From Craspedostauros australis (lineage: Eukaryota), in assembly GCA_030167865.1 (NCBI GenBank), contig JALAGF010000919.1, positions 1 through 36,657 of the forward strand: a DNA stretch of 36,657 bases, read 5' to 3'. The notes under the pieces were generated by a model. It did no database searches, was not told where the DNA came from, and saw nothing but the letters and a program-made list of their open reading frames with translations. Made by a program: the position numbers and the translations under genes. Numbering within the stretch: position 1 is the first letter of the stretch; each line of letters opens with the position of its first letter. This document shows, piece by piece, positions 29,775 to 36,657 of the stretch.

Positions 29775-32700
29775 ATGACGAGCGAAGATTACGAGAAAGA
29801 GAGGACCATCGTGGATGGCAGCATCTACGTACCTGGTTCGGACGGGACCTCTGCCCACAGTTCATTCGATGAACCCAAGGTCGACGAGGTCCGGGCAGTC
29901 CGCGACGTGGCCAAACGCGACACGAAGAGCGTCCAATGCTGGCGATGGATCGTTACAGCGGCGTTGTTTGCAACGGCGGTGGCGGTGAGCTACACCACCT
30001 ATGTGGTAAGTTACTTCTCTGAGTCTCTGGTGTGCCAGCGCTACGAGTATGCGTTGCAACAGGGACCCTGTACATACTTCAGCTCTGCATGGCATGCAAT
30101 TGAACAGGGCCCGTTTCTCGCTTCTGCTGCTCGTCAGCTTCTCTTTCGCATTCTTTCAATGCCAATTCTGATGATTGGCGTATCTGGAATACAACTCGCC
30201 CCTTTGATCATGTCCACACTGACACATACTCGTACTCATGCAATTCTTGTCAATCTCGATGTCAATAGCTGCTCGATAAAGAAGAAACTTTGATCATGGA
30301 AGCCACGGTAAGTATCGACTGTCGGCTTGCACGGATGTCTGCTTGTACGCACAGATATCTGTTTGTATACTCGTAGCTGTGTGGTTCGACCAATAGTCAT
30401 ATGAGCACAAAAGTGTTGAGTAGGAATGCTTGTCTCACTGCCTGGCTGGTTGGCCCAGGGCTTGCCTCTTCGCTGCTCTATCGATGCTGCGTTATCTCGT
30501 CCATGATTACACCAGCCAACAACCTCACACCAAATTGCTTCGACCCTACACCATGCTTGCCATATGTATGGTCTTCACCCGTACTGGCCGACTGACCGAC
30601 TGACTGAGTAGTACCGCAGCATCACACAGGCACTCGAGGACAACGCACTTGACCATATCGGACACATCCAACTGGCGTTCAAAGGGCTTGCGGATTCCAT
30701 GTCCATCCATGCTCGATCGACAAATCAGACCTGGCCATTCGTCACCATACCATCCTTCCAGACCGACGTTGCCAACTTCCTGGAGCTGTCTCGAATGGAG
30801 CTGGTTGGGGCCTTCCATCGAGTTGAACCAGGCGAGGAAGCAATGCGGTGGGAGGGCTATGCTGGTGAACAATACGAGGCGATGGTCCAGGAATGGCACT
30901 TGGAGAGATATGGGAATCTCAACAGGCTGAATCCGGTAGGGTTTTCCCCGGACATTGGCTCCGTCAATGCAAGTGCGACGATCAACAGCAATGCCTCTCG
31001 CTTCGTTTCCTGGGAGTACGGCCCCCCGCCCTTCACATATTGGTTGATCAACAAAGACCTTCGCGTTGGATCGGACGGCTTGATCACTGCTCTCTTGCGT
31101 CTCCGCAACCAGACCGTCATGTCTGATGCCAGCGACATTACAGAAAGCATGAAGGACGTGATGACTGATGAAGAGCATGCTGCCTACCACTCAGAACTTC
31201 GGGGATCGCAACCGGACCACCCGCATGCGTTCCTGTACCATCCCATCCATCAGCATACATCAGATTCGACATCAAACATTGTTGGTGTATTGAGCGGTGC
31301 AGTGAGTTTGGATGCGCCACTGAGGAACTTGCTCCCCACCGAAATCGATGGCATCATCGCGGTCATCAAGAATACCTGTGGCCAATCATTCACCTACCTC
31401 ATCGATGGGAAGGAAGCGCTATATCAAGGAGAAGGTAAGTGTGTGTCGATTGAATCTGTTGCGAAATCAATTCCAAGTACTGGTGCGGTGGTACGGGAAT
31501 GTGTTGTGCAGCGATTGCTCTATCCACGCCGCTGTTGTACGGGTAGACAACAGGACAGCCACAGTGCCCTACTCTGCTATACTCCACTATATCGCTGACA
31601 TACGAACTCGTATTTGCTGGAATCGACTCCACTCCGCTTCACCCTGCTGTCATGCACCTCAACACGCGCTGCGCATATCACTTTTGTTCAACATATCCCG
31701 GCATGCACAGGCGACCGCCATGATTCGAAGTATGACAAGTACAAGCTGACGATCGATCTATCGTTCAGCAATCATCCTGACTTTGCAGCAACCCCCAACC
31801 ATTGTCGGTACACAATGTATGTCTATCCTTCCAACAGATTCGTAGATAGGTTCTTGTCTCCTCTTCCACGGATCTTTGCGGGCGCTGTATCGGCTGTGGT
31901 ATTCATGGTCGCGATCATCTTCTACATCTACGACATGTTCGTTCACCGCCGCAACGAGAAGCTTGTTGCGAACGCTGCTCAGTCCAACGCACTTGTTTCA
32001 ACTCTCATCCCCGCCAACATCCGCGACCGGATCATCCAGCATGACCAAAATGAGGATGGTGACGTGGAAAAACGCATCGCCAACATGAAGAACTTCCTTG
32101 CAGGTCGTGTGGGTGACGACGACCTGAACAAGCAGCCGATCGCTGATCTGTTCCTAGAAACGAGCATCATGTTCGCTGACATCGCAGGTTTCACTGCGTG
32201 GAGTTCTGTACGAGAGCCATCGCAGGTGTTCACGTTCCTGGAAGCCATCTTTTCGTCGTTCGATCAGGTGGCGAAGGCCCGCAGGGTGTTCAAGGTCGAG
32301 ACCGTCGCCGATTGCTATGTCGCCGCCACTGGGATCCCCGAGTACAAGAAGGACCACGCCGTGGTTATGGTTCGTTTTGCACGGGACATCCTCCGTAGGA
32401 TGGACACCATGACCAAGGACTTGGAGATCTCTCACGGACCAGATACGGCCGAGCTGTCATTGCGCATTGGCATTCACTCGGGTCCGGTGACAGCTGGTGT
32501 GTTGCGCGGCGAACGCGCTCGGTTCCAGCTATTTGGAGACACGATGAACACGGCCTCGCGCATGGAGAGTACTGGCCAGATCGGCCGCATCCACGCTTCG
32601 TCAGAAACGGCAGACTGTCTCACGGTTTGCAACAAGGGGCATTGGGTCACGAAGAGGGATGGGTTGGTGCATGCCAAAGGCAAAGGAGACATGCAAACGT

Positions 32701-34585
32701 ACGTACTCGTATGACGCATTTGGGGCTGTTGTGTTGTGCTGTGATATGCTGTGATATGCTGTGATATGCCGTGCTGTCCAATCCTGCGCTACGCCATACC
32801 TTGCCTACTCGTATAGTGATGGAGTAGGCGGACTTCAATCCTCTACTCATACTATGCATGCCAGAATGCTTCTGCCATGGATGTATACGTGCATGCTCCC
32901 ATACTCTAACACATTGGATCGATCCACTTGTCTTGTCTGCTCTTGATCATGTTCACGTTCACGTTCATGTTCATCTTCTCTATCTTTGCTTCTCTATGCT
33001 CCACCGAACGATGCATGCGTATGATCTCTTGGTACCATACACCACCACGCTTTCATATACTCTCAACAGATTCTGGATCAAGCACGAGCAAGATCACGGA
33101 TCTGATGGCCAGAGCGTGGCCACGGACACTGTTGGAACGACCGGCAGCTTGTCTGATTCGGCTGGCCTTCGGACCACTGGTAAGACAGCGACCGATCTCA
33201 TGTCCGGTGGCATCAATGAACGGACGATGAGGCTGGTCAATTGGAATGTTGAGATGATGACGACACTGATCCAACGTATCCTGGTATACCGCCGACATGG
33301 GACAAACGGCCAAACGAAAAAGCCACTCACATCCCAATGGGTGGCGCAGTTCCAACACCAGCAGCAACTGGAGCAGCAAAAACAATCTGGGATCGACTTC
33401 ATGAAGTTCCCGCTCGACGAGGTCCAGGAGATCATCTACCTCCCTCCCTTCAATCCAGACGTGGAGAGAGCGACGGCCGAAGAGCTTGGCGAAGAGGCGG
33501 CAGAAGCCCCGGCAGCTGTGATCGAACAACTTCGATCCTTCATTTCAGCCATCGCGGGCATGTACAACGAGAGCAATTCCTTCCACAACTTCGAACATGC
33601 GTCTCACGTGACCATGTCCGTCATCAAGCTGCTATCCCGCATCGTTGCTCCGACGTCCGATGAGCTCAAGATGCGGAAAGATGCAGCATCGACAGCAAGT
33701 GAGACCGACACTGAAAGTGACGGTGACACTCGCTCTTCGCGTGTCTCCTCATCCGAGGCGCCCGCAACCCAAAGCGCCGCGGCGACCCTGCACGACCATA
33801 CGCACGGCATCACGTCCGATCCGCTCACGCAGTTCGCATGTGCATTCTCGGCACTCATCCACGACGTGGATCATGCAGGTGTGCCTAACGCCCAGCTGGC
33901 GAAGGAGAATACCCGGATCTCGAAGATCTACCACAATCGATCCGTGGCGGAGCAGAATTCGTTGGTGCTGGCATGGGACATGTTCATGCTGGAGGAATAC
34001 GCCGATCTGCGATCGTGCATCTGCGGATCCTTCGACGAGCTCGATCGCTTTCGCAAGCTCGTGATCAACTCTGTGATGGCGACTGACATCGCTGACAAGG
34101 ACCTGAAGCAGCTGCGCAATGGTCGGTGGGACAAGGCATTCGCGGCGTCTGCGGGGGACGGCAGTATCTGTCGTCAAGAACCAGAACTCGTGGCCGATGC
34201 CACCAACCGGAAGGCAACGATCGTAATTGAGCATCTGATCCAAGCCTCGGACGTTGCGCACACCATGCAACACTGGCATGTGTACAGGAAGTGGAACGAG
34301 CGGTACTTCAAGGAGTGTTACGCCGCCTACAAGGACGGAAGGGCACCAAGCGATCCCATCGAAACGTGGTACAAGGGCGAGATCGGGTTCTTCGACTTTT
34401 ACATCATCCCTCTGGCGAAGAAGCTGAAGGAGTGTGGCGTGTTTGGTAAATCGAGCGATGAGTATCTGAACTATGCACTGGCAAACCGCAAGGAATGGAA
34501 ATTGAAGGGCGAAGCCATCGTGCAGGAGATGGCGGAGAGCGTGCTCGGTACTGCTGGGGCAGCAGCGGCAAGTCGAGACGAATGA
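29775..34585 (+). CDS. Membrane-bound class III (guanylate-type) nucleotide cyclase / HD-PDE bifunctional protein with extracellular CHASE-like region; exons 29775-30005, 30269-30307, 30612-31434, 31711-32698, 33070-34585 (1198 aa)
   Basis: Donors GTAAGT x3 and GTACGT, acceptors TAG/TAG/CAG/CAG; exon lengths sum to 3597 nt with the frame open throughout. TM1 WIVTAALFATAVAVSY, WPFVTIP, TM2 IFAGAVSAVVFMVAIIFYIY. Cyclase motifs FADIAGFT, KVETVADCY, RIGIHSGPV, LFGDTMNTASRMES, KGKG. PDE motifs FHNFEHASHV, IHDVDH, MATDI, IQASDVAH. Confidence 0.92.
32738..32767. repeat. 10-bp tandem repeat (GCTGTGATAT)x3 in intron 4 of the cyclase/PDE gene
   Basis: Three exact copies read directly. Confidence 0.85.
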
Positions 34586-35137
34586 ACGGGTCAATGTGTG
34601 ACGTGCGACGTGCGACGTGCGGCGACTGTGTTACATGTACGAGCTACGAGGTACGAGTAGTTCAGACAGCAATCGTTTGAGACGGCCAGAGGGAGATAAC
34701 ATGAAACAATTTAATACGCATAGAGCACAACATCATACATCTGTTTGTTTTGAAGTAATGCTCTCTCCCTCCCTCTCTCTCCAGAGTACTCGTATGCTGT
34801 AGTGCTTTTGAGCGTGCTTATCTTACTGTTGGAGTATGCAATGATGGCGATGCTGGCATATTAGCACCAATACATCGCCCAAGCGCCGTGCTATTCGTTT
34901 TGACTTGTGGTTGCGCCAGCTCGCCAACTACAGCGCACCCTCATGACCCCTCGGGCACCTGTATAGCACCCGTGCGTATGGTGCCGCACAAGGCTCCACC
35001 ACCGCGTCGTGGGAGGAGTATTGGTAGCATGCCTACAAGTGATCGAACGAGTATGGTACACGTACCCACGCAATAGGATCAAACTTCGGTCACTCTGGTC
35101 ATACGCGCTCGGACTATATGTGCGTATACCTATGCAA

Positions 35138-35797
35138 TTAGGCAACGGACTCCAATTTCTCGATGATCTCATCGACGGTCCAGGACGAGCTCATGTCGGT
35201 GGATTCGATGCCGTTGATGAAGACGGTCGGCGTGACGTGCACCCCTCGCAAGCGATGATGCTTGATGGAGAATTTCAACGCCTTCGTGACCTGCGGCAGG
35301 CCCATGTTGCCGTTCTCCGGCGTGAGGTGATCGAAGGAGAGGTTGGACTTCATCTTCGCGATGACGGCGTCGTCGGATTCGATGGACTTGGCGATGTCCA
35401 CACACATGTTGTGGATGTCCACGCGTGACTTGTCCTTGGTGTGGATGTCCTCGAACTGGGGCTGCTGGTGGTAGAAGGCGTTGAGGTAGGCGATGGTCTT
35501 GGCGGAGTCGCTGCCCGCGGCCAGATGGTAGGCAAAGAAGCCTTCGTGCATGACGGCGCTTTGCGGGTGCCACGCCTGCGGGACGTTGTGGAACACCAGC
35601 TCCACCTTGCCACCGGACAACGTCGCGTGCTTCTCGATGCGCTTCATCACGCAGTCATCGCCGTCCAGCACCCTCAGCATCAGCCTCTTGGAGAAGGGGC
35701 ACGCGACGTCCTGGAACAGCTCCACCACGATGGTTGCGCCTGGGTTGCCCAGCAGGCGGATGCCGATCGGCTGCGCTGGAATTGGTGGTCCTCCCAT
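35138..35797 (-). CDS. DsbA-like thioredoxin-fold protein with a single active-site-position Cys (CPFS)
   Basis: VELFQDVACPFSKR, PQAWHPQS, GVHVTPTVFING (cis-Pro loop); strong C/G third-position bias. Confidence 0.87.
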   Translation of the reverse strand: MGGPPIPAQPIGIRLLGNPGATIVVELFQDVACPFSKRLMLRVLDGDDCVMKRIEKHATLSGGKVELVFHNVPQAWHPQSAVMHEGFFAYHLAAGSDSAKTIAYLNAFYHQQPQFEDIHTKDKSRVDIHNMCVDIAKSIESDDAVIAKMKSNLSFDHLTPENGNMGLPQVTKALKFSIKHHRLRGVHVTPTVFINGIESTDMSSSWTVDEIIEKLESVA

Positions 35798-36657
35798 CTT
35801 GCTTGTCTTGCAATAGTGTTGGTGTTGGTGTTATAGGAGCGCTCGGATGATGGTGGTGGGTGGAATAGGCCGTATCCGTGGAGTATGAGAATGGGTGGAG
35901 CGGGGAACTGTTGCTGGTGTATTCTGTGCTTTTGATGCATCTCTCTGTTGGGTTGGCGGTTGTTTGCCTGACCAAGATTCTGTTGCGCACGCACGATGAA
36001 AGACATCATCAGCACCAAATCATACACCCCACACCCTCGAGATCCTGATGGGTGGGAAAGATTCTGCCAAACGTTCGCTTTCACTTCCCCGCTTGTGTTG
36101 CTTCTCTTTGCATCCGAAGTTCGGTTTGTTCTTGGCAATAAGAACACGCCAATCTCAAGAGCTAACCGAGTACTTTCAATTGCTGTTCAGTCCGTTCCAA
36201 CAATCTCTACATTTGGCTGTGTAGTCTGTGCGAAATCATGCTGCCTCGGGTTCTACCATATCAGTCTACCTGTCAGAGAGTAGAATGCGTCTGCATCCAT
36301 TTCTGCACAAGAAATGGGAACAGAAACGAGGAAATTCATTAACCAGCCCTTTTGAAGTGCCGATTTGCATCAACCAGCCTGTTTTGTGTTTCTTAGCGAC
36401 TCAAAACGTCCAAATGTCCATGCGACGTCCCGTGGACACAAAATCTCACATCGACTCGCAAGTTTAGGTATAAATGTAGACTACCTGCACTACACACGAA
36501 AAGTATAAGCCACATCATACATGTTTAACATAATCGCCCTAGAACGCAATCAAATAGTCCATTAAAATTCAAGGCATCTAGTAAAAGGAATAAGTGCCTA
36601 CCTTAGTTGTAGATGTGTACATCATCCATCTGTTTGCTCCAATTCCTTGTGATGCGG

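Noticed and set aside
29268..30293. 341-aa ORF-track protein
   Set aside because: Chimera of upstream non-coding sequence, exon 1 of the cyclase/PDE (from ATG 29775) and read-through into intron 1
36280..36657. AT-richer right end as a possible transposon terminus
   Set aside because: No terminal inverted repeat, LTR pair, target-site duplication or transposase/RT peptide visible within the window

Overview
Gene-dense eukaryotic nuclear DNA, most likely a diatom (probably a pennate). The basis is GT-AG introns, bipartite-looking N-terminal targeting peptides, PSSSPS/APT-rich secreted proteins with RxL motifs, and a membrane-bound cyclase-phosphodiesterase fusion typical of diatoms. I support 12 apparently intact genes: a Lys/PTS-rich type-I membrane protein, a SlyD-like FKBP-MsrA fusion, a 2-exon centrin-like EF-hand protein, a TPR + DNAJC8-like J protein, a secreted M6 metalloprotease with mucin-like stalk and four Cys-rich repeats, MCMBP, COG5, a TraB-family protein, a disordered orphan, a carotenoid cleavage dioxygenase, a 5-exon guanylate cyclase/PDE, and a DsbA-like protein. 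There is also a damaged-looking ArgA/NAGS 5' fragment at the left edge and one or two decayed coding relics. The best non-coding signals are a strongly over-represented octamer TACGAGTA/TACTCGTA in introns and 3' flanks, sharp TpA partitioning, and an E2F/CHR-like cluster upstream of MCMBP. I saw no rRNA, tRNA, CRISPR array or intact transposon, and no demonstrable multi-gene novel system. The most promising novelty lies in the cell-surface proteins, the domain fusions and the octamer. All family calls are from motif recognition by eye; no searches were run.
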